Assembly (NCBI GenBank): GCA_965216025.1
Contig: CBDCEX010000017.1
Location: 307,390 to 371,389, forward strand
Origin: Dehalococcoidia bacterium
GTDB lineage: Bacteria > Chloroflexota > Dehalococcoidia > Lucifugimonadales > UBA3495
DNA length: 64,000 bases
Direction: 5' to 3'
The notes beneath the pieces were generated by a model that was not told where the DNA came from, did no database searches, and was given only the letters and a program-made list of their open reading frames with translations. Position 1 is the first letter of the stretch, and every line of letters starts with the position of its first letter. Below, piece by piece: positions 11,320 to 20,508 of the stretch. The translations under genes were made by a program, and so were the position numbers.

Positions 11320-11871
11320 CTAGGCGGCCCTTGCGATTACGTCGGAACGGACCTGCCGGCGCAGGCCCTCCAGCCGGGAGCGCACGCTGCCGTCTAGCAG
11401 TTGGTCGCCGACCTGGATGATGACCCCACCCAGAATGGTTTCATCCACCTCGGTGGAGACGACGACATCCTTTTGTATCAGCTCCGAGACGAAGCGGCTG
11501 ATTCGCTCCACCTCCGCAGCGTCGAGAGGAACCGCGGAGGTGACCGCCACCCGCTGCCGGCCCCGGTACTCGTCCACCAGCTGGCTATAGCTCAAGTACA
11601 CATCACGAATCAGTCTAGCGGAACCGCGCGAGATCAGCAGCGTTACCAGGTTCCTCACCAGCGGGTTGGTATCCGGAAAGACCGCTTGGATGCTTCGATT
11701 TTTTTCCGACAGGGGAACCTTGGCGTGCTCTAGAAAGGAGCTGAATTCCTCATCCTGCAGCACCTGACTGATGGAATCCAGATCCCCGGCCCATTGGTCC
11801 AGCTGGTCCTGCTCGACCGCAAGCTGGAAGATAGCTTGGGCGTAGCGTTTACCGGAAACCCGTTTGGCCAA
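11320..11871 (-). CDS. atpH: F1 ATP synthase delta (OSCP) subunit
   Basis: Operon position between atpF and atpA. RYAQAIFQLA...GGVIIQVGDQLLDGSVRSRLEGLRRQV is the typical delta C-terminus. Confidence 0.85.
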   Translation of the reverse strand: MAKRVSGKRYAQAIFQLAVEQDQLDQWAGDLDSISQVLQDEEFSSFLEHAKVPLSEKNRSIQAVFPDTNPLVRNLVTLLISRGSARLIRDVYLSYSQLVDEYRGRQRVAVTSAVPLDAAEVERISRFVSELIQKDVVVSTEVDETILGGVIIQVGDQLLDGSVRSRLEGLRRQVRSDVIARAA

Positions 11872-11878
11872 CCTGCGC

Positions 11879-12382
11879 CTAACCTTGCCTCAGGCTGTTT
11901 CCGCCCTCTTCCAGCACCTGGGAAATCAGCTCTTCGTGAGCCTGGCGGTCCAGGGATCGCCGGATAACCCTTTCCGCGGCGGTGATAGCCAGGTCTCCGA
12001 AGCCGACCCGCACCTCGGCAATGGCCGCATCCCGCTCCCGCTGAATATCCGTCCTGGCCCGCTCCACAAAGGTGGTCGCCTCCTGGCGGGCCCGCTCCAT
12101 CTCCTCTTCCCTAAAGCGGTCCGAGGCCTCCTTGGCCTGGTCGAGCAACCGCTGCCCCTCACGGCGGGCTTCGTTCAACTGCTCTTCGATGGCGGCCTGG
12201 GAGCTGGCGGCCTCGTCTCGGGCCCGGTCCGCGGCGGCCAGGCTGTCGCTAATGCGCTCCGACCGCTGGTCTAAAGCCCGCAGCAGCGGCTTATAGGCCA
12301 GGACGTAGAGCACCGCCAGCAGAATGCCGAAGTTCACCAGGTAAAATATTAATAAAGGGACGTTTATCCCTAGTTGCGTCAC
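11879..12382 (-). CDS. atpF: Fo ATP synthase b subunit
   Basis: N-terminal TM (INVPLLIFYLVNFGILLAVLYVLAYKPL) followed by a long charged helix. Operon position. Confidence 0.85.
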   Translation of the reverse strand: MTQLGINVPLLIFYLVNFGILLAVLYVLAYKPLLRALDQRSERISDSLAAADRARDEAASSQAAIEEQLNEARREGQRLLDQAKEASDRFREEEMERARQEATTFVERARTDIQRERDAAIAEVRVGFGDLAITAAERVIRRSLDRQAHEELISQVLEEGGNSLRQG

Positions 12383-12413
12383 TGCTACTCCCAGTGTTCT
12401 GGGTCGGGCCGGT

Positions 12414-12683
<270 letters not shown>

Positions 12684-12783
12684 CTAATAGTTTGGCCTAT
12701 CGAGTTGGCCCGAAGTTCAGCTTTTGCCGGGCGATTTCGACCGGCCTACTTCAACCAGACGAATACTTTCTTTTCAGTGCCCG

Positions 12784-13800
12784 CTAATGCTCTTGGTGGC
12801 TGGTAGCCACGGAAATGAAAACCAGGGTAAGTCCGGCGAAAATCACGGATTGGATCAGCCCCACCAGCAGCTCTAGTCCGTACACCAAGTTGGTGAACAC
12901 CAGAGGCAGCAGAAAGGTTATCATCACCACTAGAATCTCTCCAGCGGTCATGTTGCCAAATAGCCGGAAGGTGAAGGCCACGATTCGAACAGCCTCGCTG
13001 AGCAACTCCAGCAGCCCAACGCCAATATCGATCAGCCCTTGCATCGGTCCCTTCCGGATCAGACTGCCGAAGGCGAAAAACTTCTTCAAATAGCCAAAGC
13101 CGTTGGACCGGAAACCCCAATATTCAACAAAACCAAAGGATATCAGCGCCAGGGCCAAGGGCATGTTCAGGTCGGTACCGGCCGGTCGCAGCAGATGGGC
13201 CTTGATCTCCCCGTGGCCATCGACGAAACCCAGAAACTGGTAGAAGGGGAGCAAGGCCAGCCAGGCATTGAAGAGCACAAAGAAAAAGATGGTCGCCACT
13301 ATCGGAAATGTCTTCCGCGCCATTTCCGGGCCCAATACCCCGCTGGCGAAGCTGAGCACGCCCTCGAATAGCACTTCCACCAATGATTGCAGCCGGCCTG
13401 GAATCATGCTTTTCTTGCGAGCGCCCAGGGCAAACAGCAGGATCAACACGGTACTGGCGAACAACGCCGAAAGCATGGTGTTGGTAATCGCGAATTCAGT
13501 GATCGCCAGTGGTGTGGAGTGGTGCTCCTCGGCTTCGCCGCTGGCACCCGCTGGGGCATCCCCAGTCCCACTCGGGACCTTATCATGCCCGGCCGAAGGG
13601 GTGAAGCCCAGATGCTTGTCTCGGGAAGAAGCGGGAAACACAGACTGCGGGGGAAGGTGGATTTCCGGTTGAGGGATAAAAGGGGACCGGCCCAGCGCTG
13701 CTGAGCCTATGCCTCCGCCCGCCACACCCACCAACGCCAAAACGGCTAGAACCAGTCCGAAGACCATGAGCAGTCTTTTGGCTGCTGGACTCGACGGCAC
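12784..13800 (-). CDS. atpB: Fo ATP synthase a subunit with ~100-aa N-terminal extension
   Basis: C-terminal FTFRLFGNMTAGEILVVM (conserved Arg region), LVGLIQSVIFAGLTLVFI. The N-terminus has an extra TM plus a low-complexity segment. Start abuts the atpZ stop. Confidence 0.85.
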   Translation of the reverse strand: MPSSPAAKRLLMVFGLVLAVLALVGVAGGGIGSAALGRSPFIPQPEIHLPPQSVFPASSRDKHLGFTPSAGHDKVPSGTGDAPAGASGEAEEHHSTPLAITEFAITNTMLSALFASTVLILLFALGARKKSMIPGRLQSLVEVLFEGVLSFASGVLGPEMARKTFPIVATIFFFVLFNAWLALLPFYQFLGFVDGHGEIKAHLLRPAGTDLNMPLALALISFGFVEYWGFRSNGFGYLKKFFAFGSLIRKGPMQGLIDIGVGLLELLSEAVRIVAFTFRLFGNMTAGEILVVMITFLLPLVFTNLVYGLELLVGLIQSVIFAGLTLVFISVATSHQEH

Positions 13801-14054
13801 TACCGGTCCCTCCGTTTCCTCGCCATTTCCTGAGCTTTGGCCCCGTAAAGGATGGGGAGAATCATCCGGTATACACCCCAGAAGGCCGCGACACTACCCA
13901 GAACCGTCCCCGCCAGAATGAAAAGGGGTGTGGTTCCAAGAAGATTATCCCCCCACAGGCCAAGCGCCACGCCTCCAGCCACGCAGAAGGCAATGTACCA
14001 GCCTAGGCCGGTTAGGCGCAGGCCAACTACCCACCAAGGCATCCCCGGCTCCAA
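13800..14054 (-). CDS. AtpZ/AtpI-family small membrane protein (first gene of the atp operon)
   Basis: 84 aa, two TM segments. GVALGLWGDNLLGTTPLFILAGTVLGSVAAF fits the AtpZ pattern (G..LD...GT.P.F...G...G). Confidence 0.65.
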   Translation of the reverse strand: MEPGMPWWVVGLRLTGLGWYIAFCVAGGVALGLWGDNLLGTTPLFILAGTVLGSVAAFWGVYRMILPILYGAKAQEMARKRRDR

Positions 14055-14063
14055 ACCGGGCGA

Positions 14064-14092
14064 ATATTATCACTATGTTTTTTAAAAGTCAA
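14064..14092 (-). promoter_or_regulatory. candidate sigma70-type promoter of the atp operon
   Basis: On the minus strand: TTGACT (14092-14087), 17-nt spacer, TAATAT (14069-14064). The -10 ends only 9 nt before the atpZ ATG (14054). Confidence 0.4.
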
Positions 14093-14136
14093 TGAAGGCT
14101 AAAGACGACGAAATACCTACTTGCGATTACGAGAAA

Positions 14137-14163
14137 GACCCCAGCAAACTCAATGCTGGGGTC
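14137..14163 (-). terminator. hairpin downstream of the bifunctional-nuclease gene
   Basis: GACCCCAGCA-aactcaa-TGCTGGGGTC, a 10-bp stem. On the minus strand it is followed by TTTCTC, a weak U-tract. Confidence 0.4.
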
Positions 14164-14193
14164 TTATACGGTTACTGAGCTGATCGAGGAAAG

Positions 14194-14787
14194 TCAGCTT
14201 CCTCCCGACTGCTGGCGGCCAAAATCTTCCAAATCCAGGTCATTGATGAAGTCGGTAAACGCCGACATTCTCCGCAGTTCCTCTTCCTTGAGCTCGGCTC
14301 CTTCTCCCTGGAATTGACCCTCGGGAGGGATCGGCTTGCCGGTTTCTTTGTCCAATAGGATGCCCGCCTTCTCCATTACCGACTCGTCGGCGAAGATAGG
14401 CACCTGAGTGCGAACAGCCAGGGCCATGGCGTCGCTGGGGCGGGAATCGATCTCCTTGACATCCCCGTTAACCTGAATCACGATCTTGGCGTAGAAGGTG
14501 TCATTTTGCAGGTCGTTCACTAAGATGTGCTTCACGGCGCCGCCCAGAGTATCGATCATCGTCTGCAGCAGGTCGTGGGTCAACGGGCGGGGCACGCTCA
14601 AGTCCTGAAGCTTCACCGCGATCGCGTCAGCCTCGGCCGGGCCGATCCAGATAGGCAGGTACCGGTCAGACTCTTTGTCCTTGAGGATAACCACCCGCTG
14701 GTAATTCATCGGGCTGACCCGTATGCTGTCTATGGTCAATTCCAGCATTCCCGCCGCCTCCATGCGCCCCATTGCGCTCGCTACCAA
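14194..14787 (-). CDS. bifunctional nuclease family protein (DUF151/BFN)
   Basis: VVILKDKESDRYLPIWIGPAEADAIAVKLQDLSVPRPLTHDLL...FYAKIVI...IDSRPSDAMALAVR. The start may be an internal Met (MLELT). Confidence 0.8.
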   Translation of the reverse strand: MVASAMGRMEAAGMLELTIDSIRVSPMNYQRVVILKDKESDRYLPIWIGPAEADAIAVKLQDLSVPRPLTHDLLQTMIDTLGGAVKHILVNDLQNDTFYAKIVIQVNGDVKEIDSRPSDAMALAVRTQVPIFADESVMEKAGILLDKETGKPIPPEGQFQGEGAELKEEELRRMSAFTDFINDLDLEDFGRQQSGGS

Positions 14788-15060
14788 TATGAAATTGTAT
14801 GCCCCCTAGAAATATGATGTCAACCCGGAGGGAAGCCAATTGGAGGCGGTTGGCTCCCCAATAGGCCCTCTTCGCATCTTATTATCAGCCGGGTCGTGAA
14901 CTCCTTCCCCCAAACTTCTTCCAGAGGCCCGTAACCGCGCTGAGAATCTATCTCAAACCGACCTATGTCATTCCCAAGGGCTTGGGCTGACATTTTGAGA
15001 TAATTGCTGAGTCTCTTTGAACAAATGCCTGCGCACAGTTGGATGACCGGGAGGTGATCC

Positions 15061-17541
15061 TTGGCCCCTATCGAACAATCTGAACAATATCGGCGATTAG
15101 AACAATTCCGGGTGCCCTGGCAGAACACCTGCTGGACCTGCGGACTGGAAAACTTTAGTTTCCAATGTACCGACGAGTTGGCCCCCTTGGACCATTTCAT
15201 CGGCCAGCAACGGGCCCTGGAGTCCCTTCGCTTCGGATTGGAGGTGGACAAGCCCGGTTACAACCTGTTCGTTACCGGCCTCACCGGAACCGGTAAAACC
15301 ACGGCGATTAAAGAGCACCTGCAAAATCTTATCGGCGAGATGGCGCGGCTGGAGAAGCTAAAGCCAATCTACGACTGGTGCTACGTGCACAATTTTGAGG
15401 AACCCGACCGGCCCCGCGCTCTAAGGCTCTCGCGGGGGCTGGCCAGGCCCTTGCGCCAGCGGCTTAGCCGAATACTAACCACCCTGAAAGAGCAGGTTCC
15501 CCTGGTTTTCAAGAGTGAGGAGTATCAGAGCCAGCTACGGGAGCAGGAAGAGGCAGGCCGTCAAGCTACCCAGCAGCTGATGGCGCGCTTGGAACAGACA
15601 ACTCAGGGCGAGGAGTTCGGTTTGCAGGTCACCCCCGCCGGTGTGAGCATCTTTCCCATGCAGAATGGCCAGCCGATGACTCCGGAGGAGTATCAGCAGC
15701 TAGAGGCGGAAGCCAAAACCTCCATCGATGAAAAACGAGTTCGGCTGATGCAGCAAACCCAGGACACCATGGCCAGCATCCGGGATTTGGAGAAAGAGAC
15801 CGCCGATCAGGTCCAGGCCCTGGAACGGGTGGTGGCCAACGAACGGGTTTGTGACATATTTCAGGAGCTAATGGATTCTTTTCGGGACCAGCCGGAAATA
15901 TGGGAATATTTGACCCGACTCATCGACTATGTGCTGGACAATCTCCCTCTTTTCAAAGAGGAGGAACTCCCCGCTACGCCTCAGTTGCCCTTGGTCGGGC
16001 CGTCCCTCAGCAGCGGCCTGACCGCCAACCCCTTTCTGCCCTTTGAAATCAACGTCCTGGTCGACGAGAGCGCCGTTGAGACCATCCCCATCATCATTGA
16101 ACCCAATCCCAACTGGGGAAATCTCTTTGGTCGCATTGAGCGTCGCGCCATGTTCGGCACCTACGTCAGCGATCACACCATGCTGAAGCCGGGCTCGGTC
16201 CACCTGGCCAACGGCGGCTACCTGGTTTTCAACGCCCGGGATATTCTCTCCTACCCCGGGGTTTGGGAAGGCCTGAAGCGGGTGATCCGGAATGGGGAAA
16301 TCCGGCTGGAAGACCCGGCCGAGCAAACCGGGGCCTACATTCCCCAGGGACTGCGTCCCGAGCCGGTGCCTTTGGACCTTAAAGTGATAATGACCGGCGA
16401 TGAGAATTTATATCGGCTGCTCACCGCCCAGGATTATGAGGATTTTTGGGACCTTTTCAAAGTCAAAGCCGAATTCGACTCCCGGATAGACCTGACTCCA
16501 GAGAACCTGGATGCCTACTCGGCCTTCATCTGCCGCACCTGCCAGCAAGAAGGGTTGCTGGCCTTCGACGCCGGCGGCGCAGCGAAGGTAATAGAGTATT
16601 CCGCCCGCCTGGTGGCCGACCAGACGAAGCTTTCTTCCCGGTTTGGGCAGATCAAGGACCTGCTGATCGAAGCCGCCTACTGGGCGGGGAGAGACTCCAG
16701 CCCCCAGGTTCGGGCGCAGCACGTAAGCGAGGCCATCAACCAGAGGATTTACCGGCTTAATCTCATCGAGAAAAACATCGAAGAGATGATCGCCGACCGG
16801 TCCATCCTGATCGACGTTAGCGGTGGTGTAGTCGGCCAGGTCAACGGTCTGGCGGTATACGACCTGGGAGATTTCAGCTTTGGCAAGCCCAGCCGCATCA
16901 CCGCCCAGACCTACGCCGGGCGCGCCGGTGTAATCAACATTGAGAGGGAATCCGCCCTGAGCGGGCGCACCCACGACAAGGGAGTGCTGATTCTGAGCGG
17001 CTACCTGGGCGCCAGGTTCGGCCGCGATAGGCCGCTGACCCTGTCGGCCAGCCTGGCCTTTGAGCAGTCTTATCAGGGGGTGGACGGCGACAGCGCATCA
17101 TCCACCGAGCTGTACGCCATTCTCTCCAGCCTGTCCGGGCTCCCCATTAACCAGAGTATAGCCGTGACCGGCTCGGTGAATCAGATGGGCGAAATCCAAC
17201 CCATCGGCGGAGTCAATCAAAAAATAGAAGGGATGTTCGATGTCTGTCGTCTTACCGGCTTGACCGGCGATCAGGGAGTAATGATCCCTCATCAGAACGT
17301 CAAGAACCTGATGCTTCGGGAAGACGTGGTGGAGGCGATCAAGCAGGAGCGGTTTCATATTTACGCCGTTAAAACCGTGGATGAAGGCGCTGAAATTTTG
17401 ACCGGCCAGCCGGCCGGTGTCCGGGGGGCCGACGGAGGCTATCCAGCGGGCACGGTCAACCACCTGGTGGACCGGCGGCTGCAGGAATTGGGGCAGTCGC
17501 TGCGGGGCTACTATGGGGAGATGCTTTCTGACAAGACCTAG
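15061..17541 (+). CDS. Lon-like protease with AAA-like domain (COG1067/LonC-like)
   Basis: Walker A GLTGTGKTT, a long coiled-coil insertion, and a C-terminal Lon proteolytic domain (DGDSASSTELYAILSSLSGLPINQSIAVTGSVNQMGEIQPIGGVNQKIEG). Start (TTG 15061) is uncertain. Confidence 0.8.
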   Translation: MAPIEQSEQYRRLEQFRVPWQNTCWTCGLENFSFQCTDELAPLDHFIGQQRALESLRFGLEVDKPGYNLFVTGLTGTGKTTAIKEHLQNLIGEMARLEKLKPIYDWCYVHNFEEPDRPRALRLSRGLARPLRQRLSRILTTLKEQVPLVFKSEEYQSQLREQEEAGRQATQQLMARLEQTTQGEEFGLQVTPAGVSIFPMQNGQPMTPEEYQQLEAEAKTSIDEKRVRLMQQTQDTMASIRDLEKETADQVQALERVVANERVCDIFQELMDSFRDQPEIWEYLTRLIDYVLDNLPLFKEEELPATPQLPLVGPSLSSGLTANPFLPFEINVLVDESAVETIPIIIEPNPNWGNLFGRIERRAMFGTYVSDHTMLKPGSVHLANGGYLVFNARDILSYPGVWEGLKRVIRNGEIRLEDPAEQTGAYIPQGLRPEPVPLDLKVIMTGDENLYRLLTAQDYEDFWDLFKVKAEFDSRIDLTPENLDAYSAFICRTCQQEGLLAFDAGGAAKVIEYSARLVADQTKLSSRFGQIKDLLIEAAYWAGRDSSPQVRAQHVSEAINQRIYRLNLIEKNIEEMIADRSILIDVSGGVVGQVNGLAVYDLGDFSFGKPSRITAQTYAGRAGVINIERESALSGRTHDKGVLILSGYLGARFGRDRPLTLSASLAFEQSYQGVDGDSASSTELYAILSSLSGLPINQSIAVTGSVNQMGEIQPIGGVNQKIEGMFDVCRLTGLTGDQGVMIPHQNVKNLMLREDVVEAIKQERFHIYAVKTVDEGAEILTGQPAGVRGADGGYPAGTVNHLVDRRLQELGQSLRGYYGEMLSDKT

Positions 17542-17594
17542 CCCGCCGGGCACTAATATCATTTCTATATGAAAAGTGCGCGTTATGGGTAAGT

Positions 17595-17618
17595 AGGGGC
17601 GCACGGCCGTGCGCCCCT
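17595..17618. repeat. perfect 24-bp palindrome AGGGGCGCACGGCCGTGCGCCCCT between convergent genes
   Basis: Identical to 53080-53103. Both are preceded by CATTTCTATAT(G/A)AAAAG and both lie between convergent gene ends, so this may be a bidirectional terminator or REP-like element. Confidence 0.7.
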
Positions 17619-17666
17619 ACGGAATCACCCAAGACTAGCGGCTTTTAGGCAGTTTCTCAGCCCGGT

Positions 17667-18257
17667 TTATACCGTCTCCAGCTCCACTTCCCGCTGGTTG
17701 CTGGTCAGGGTTCCCACCAGGGCGTTGCCGGCCAGCAAATCGATGCCTTTCCGCACCGAGCCGTTCAGCGTGTTCAACTCGCGCTCGAAAGCCCGCAGGC
17801 AACGCAAGGCGTAGGCGTCGGCTTCGGTCCGGCGGGCCTGCGACTCGGTCTCAGCCTGCTCAATCATGCGAGCTGCTCGCAGCTCGGCTTCCCGCAGAGC
17901 CTCTTCGGCCTTGATGTAAACCTCATTCTGGCTGAGCTTCTCGCGGAGATCATCCTCAGCCTGAGTCTTGGTGCGGCGAGCGTCCAATGTGGCACTGCTA
18001 ATTATCTGGTCCTTCTGCGCCAATACCTCCCCGGCAGCCTTCACTTCTTGGGGGATGGCCAAGCGCAGCTGGTCCACCAGCTCCATGACCTTCTTCTTAT
18101 CCACCAGGGCAATACCACCCACCGGCATTGCCTTGCTGGTGGAAATCAGGGTTTCCAATTGGTCTACCACGTTTATGATATCGATGATGTCCTCCTTCCG
18201 GGTCTTAAATCCGGGTCTCCAATCCTGGTCTCTAAGCTTCTGAGACCGGCAATCCAA
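17667..18257 (-). CDS. coiled-coil hypothetical protein
   Basis: 196-aa ORF rich in charged heptad-like sequence (QAEDDLREKLSQNEVYIKAEEALREAELRAARMIEQAETESQARR). Lies downstream of coaD in the same orientation. The annotated start overlaps coaD by 26 nt, so the true start may be internal. Confidence 0.5.
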   Translation of the reverse strand: MDCRSQKLRDQDWRPGFKTRKEDIIDIINVVDQLETLISTSKAMPVGGIALVDKKKVMELVDQLRLAIPQEVKAAGEVLAQKDQIISSATLDARRTKTQAEDDLREKLSQNEVYIKAEEALREAELRAARMIEQAETESQARRTEADAYALRCLRAFERELNTLNGSVRKGIDLLAGNALVGTLTSNQREVELETV

Positions 18258-18726
18258 ATTTGGCGTTTACCGCCGTAACCACGTGGGGAGGCACCATGCC
18301 GGTGACATCTCCACCCAGCCGAGCAACTTCTTTGAGCAGGCTCGAGCTAACGAACATATAGTCTTGCGAGGTCATAAAGGAAACCATATCCACGGACCTT
18401 TCCAGCCTCCGGTTCATGAATGCCATGTCGTACTCATACTCGAAATCCGCTCCGCTCCTTAACCCGCGAATGATCACCGCGGCGCCGGCCTCTCGGGCGA
18501 AGCGCACCACCAGGCCGCTGAACTCCCGTACTTCCACATTGGGCAGGTCAACCATGGACTCCTGAAAGAGTTGCACCCTTTCCTCGGTGGTGAAGAGCAG
18601 GTCTTTGGAGGGAGTGGCGTAAACCGCCACTATCACCTTTTCGAAAAGGGCTGCCCCCCGGGCAACGATATCCAGGTGACCCATGGTCACCGGATCAAAG
18701 CTCCCCGGATAAAGGGCGATAACCAT
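18232..18726 (-). CDS. coaD: pantetheine-phosphate adenylyltransferase
   Basis: YPGSFDPVTMGHLDIVARG...FEYEYDMAFMNRRL. 164 aa. Confidence 0.9.
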   Translation of the reverse strand: MVIALYPGSFDPVTMGHLDIVARGAALFEKVIVAVYATPSKDLLFTTEERVQLFQESMVDLPNVEVREFSGLVVRFAREAGAAVIIRGLRSGADFEYEYDMAFMNRRLERSVDMVSFMTSQDYMFVSSSLLKEVARLGGDVTGMVPPHVVTAVNAKFGLPVSEA

Positions 18727-18728
18727 CG

Positions 18729-19298
18729 CTAACTGTCCCGCAGGTAGAATTCCACCACGTTGTCACCGTAACGGCGGTGGGATTTTAAAATTAAGCGACC
18801 TATAACATCCGGCAGGTCCAGGTGCCTGGAGTGTCCCACAACCACCACGCCGTCATCCTCAATTAGGCCCCCGGTAGAATCTATCTTTGCCAGCACCTGG
18901 GCCAGGTTTGGCATCTTATATGGCGGGTCCAAAACCACCAGAGAGTAGGGACCCGGCAACACTTCCAGGGTGCTGCTCGCCTCTCCGCAGTAGACCCGGG
19001 AGCGCTGACTGAACCCGGCATGCTCCAGGTTGGACCGAATTACCTCGCACTGGCGGCTGTTCCGCTCCACGAAGTCCGCCCAGCCTGCTCCCCAACTGAG
19101 ACTTTCGATACCCAAACTACCGGATCCAGCGTAAAGGTCCAGCACTCTTCGGTCCCAGTACGTTTCCCTAGACAGGATGTTAAAAATCGCGGCGCGGACT
19201 CGCTCGGTGGTCGGACGGGCCTCTGGGGTAAGGGTTCCCCTCAGGCGATGCCCCTTGGCCGAACCGCCAACCACTCGCAAGGAGCCCCTAGGCCGCAT
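18729..19298 (-). CDS. rsmD: 16S rRNA (guanine966-N2)-methyltransferase RsmD
   Basis: RPTTERVRAAIFNIL, SAM motif DLYAGSGSLGIESLSWGA, VLDPPY. Shows the conserved rsmD-coaD synteny. Confidence 0.85.
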   Translation of the reverse strand: MRPRGSLRVVGGSAKGHRLRGTLTPEARPTTERVRAAIFNILSRETYWDRRVLDLYAGSGSLGIESLSWGAGWADFVERNSRQCEVIRSNLEHAGFSQRSRVYCGEASSTLEVLPGPYSLVVLDPPYKMPNLAQVLAKIDSTGGLIEDDGVVVVGHSRHLDLPDVIGRLILKSHRRYGDNVVEFYLRDS

Positions 19299-19569
19299 AA
19301 TAATTCATTATGTCAACGATTTTCCAGCGGAAACCGGGGTCGGTTTTTCTCATTTTTAACTTCTGCTCGTGGATGCGTCAACCTCTCAATACTACAGCAG
19401 CACTTATCCGGCATGGCCCCTGCTCAGCCCCAGCTAATCGGGCCCGGATGTTCAAATCCGTTAATCCGCCTTCGCCAAGTATTCGACAGCTATTCGACCA
19501 CCGGGGCAATTGGAGATACAATACACCCAATATATTCGGGTAACATACCCGGGCAGGTTTGGGATTAAC

Positions 19570-20508
19570 ATGGACTTCCGCCATACGCTGGCCGACGCCC
19601 CCCACGATCGGGACACCGTCTTAACTATTGGCGTGTTCGACGGGGTTCACCTGGGCCACTGCCATCTGTTGCGGCGGCTGGTGGCACTGGCCGGTTCCCA
19701 GTACCTGCCCACGGTTATCACTTTCACCAACCATCCCGCCTCCATACTCCGGCCAGATTTTCAAGTCCAATACCTGACCACTCCGGCCCACAAGATAGGA
19801 CTGATCCAGGGCCAGGGCGTGAAACTGGTGGTCCCACTGGAATTCAGCCGGCAATTGGCCTCGGTTAGCGCTTATGACTTCGCGGCCGCCCTGGTTGAGC
19901 ACCTCAACATTAAAGGATTGGTGGTGGGACCGGACTTTGCGCTGGGACGGGACCGGCAGGGCGATGCCACCTTCCTCAAAGAGGTGGGGGACCAGATGGG
20001 TTTTTGGGTGGAGGGCGTGGAGCCCTTAGTGGTCGACGGTGTTCCCATTAAGAGCAGGCGGATTCGTGATGCCATTAGCCGCGGGGCGGTTAGCGAAGTT
20101 GTCAGCCTGCTCGGTCGCCAGTTCTCTATTTCCGGGACCGTGGTCGCCGGTAACCGCCAGGGCCGGGAATTGGGATTTCCTACCGCCAACCTGTCGCTGC
20201 CGGAGGACATCCTACTGCCGGCCGACGGTATATACGCCAGTTGGACGATAATCAACGGGGTGCGCCATCCCTCCGCCACCAGCATCGGCGTCCGGCCCAC
20301 CTTTGGGTTGACCCAGCGGGTGGTGGAAGCATATGTCATAGATTACAGCGGCGACCTCTACGGCCAGAAGCTAACCGTGGAGTTCGTGAGAAAACTACGG
20401 GACCAGGAGACCTTCGCCGATATTCCAGCCCTGGTCGCGCAGGTGAGCCGCGACGTGGCCGATGCCCGGTCGGCCCTGGCCCACGAGGGAGGAGCGGCCA
20501 TTGCTTAG
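19570..20508 (+). CDS. ribF: bifunctional riboflavin kinase / FMN adenylyltransferase
   Basis: ATG 19570 (MDFRH...). GVFDGVHLGHCHLL; the kinase part has GFPTANL...GIYAS...SIGVRPTF...EAYVIDYSGDLYGQ. Confidence 0.9.
   Translation: MDFRHTLADAPHDRDTVLTIGVFDGVHLGHCHLLRRLVALAGSQYLPTVITFTNHPASILRPDFQVQYLTTPAHKIGLIQGQGVKLVVPLEFSRQLASVSAYDFAAALVEHLNIKGLVVGPDFALGRDRQGDATFLKEVGDQMGFWVEGVEPLVVDGVPIKSRRIRDAISRGAVSEVVSLLGRQFSISGTVVAGNRQGRELGFPTANLSLPEDILLPADGIYASWTIINGVRHPSATSIGVRPTFGLTQRVVEAYVIDYSGDLYGQKLTVEFVRKLRDQETFADIPALVAQVSRDVADARSALAHEGGAAIA

Noticed and set aside
14820-15251. 143-aa minus-strand ORF between the nuclease-family and Lon-like genes
   Set aside because: It overlaps the 5' end of the Lon-like gene. 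It has no RBS or family signature and an odd composition. It is probably non-coding promoter region plus an antisense frame.
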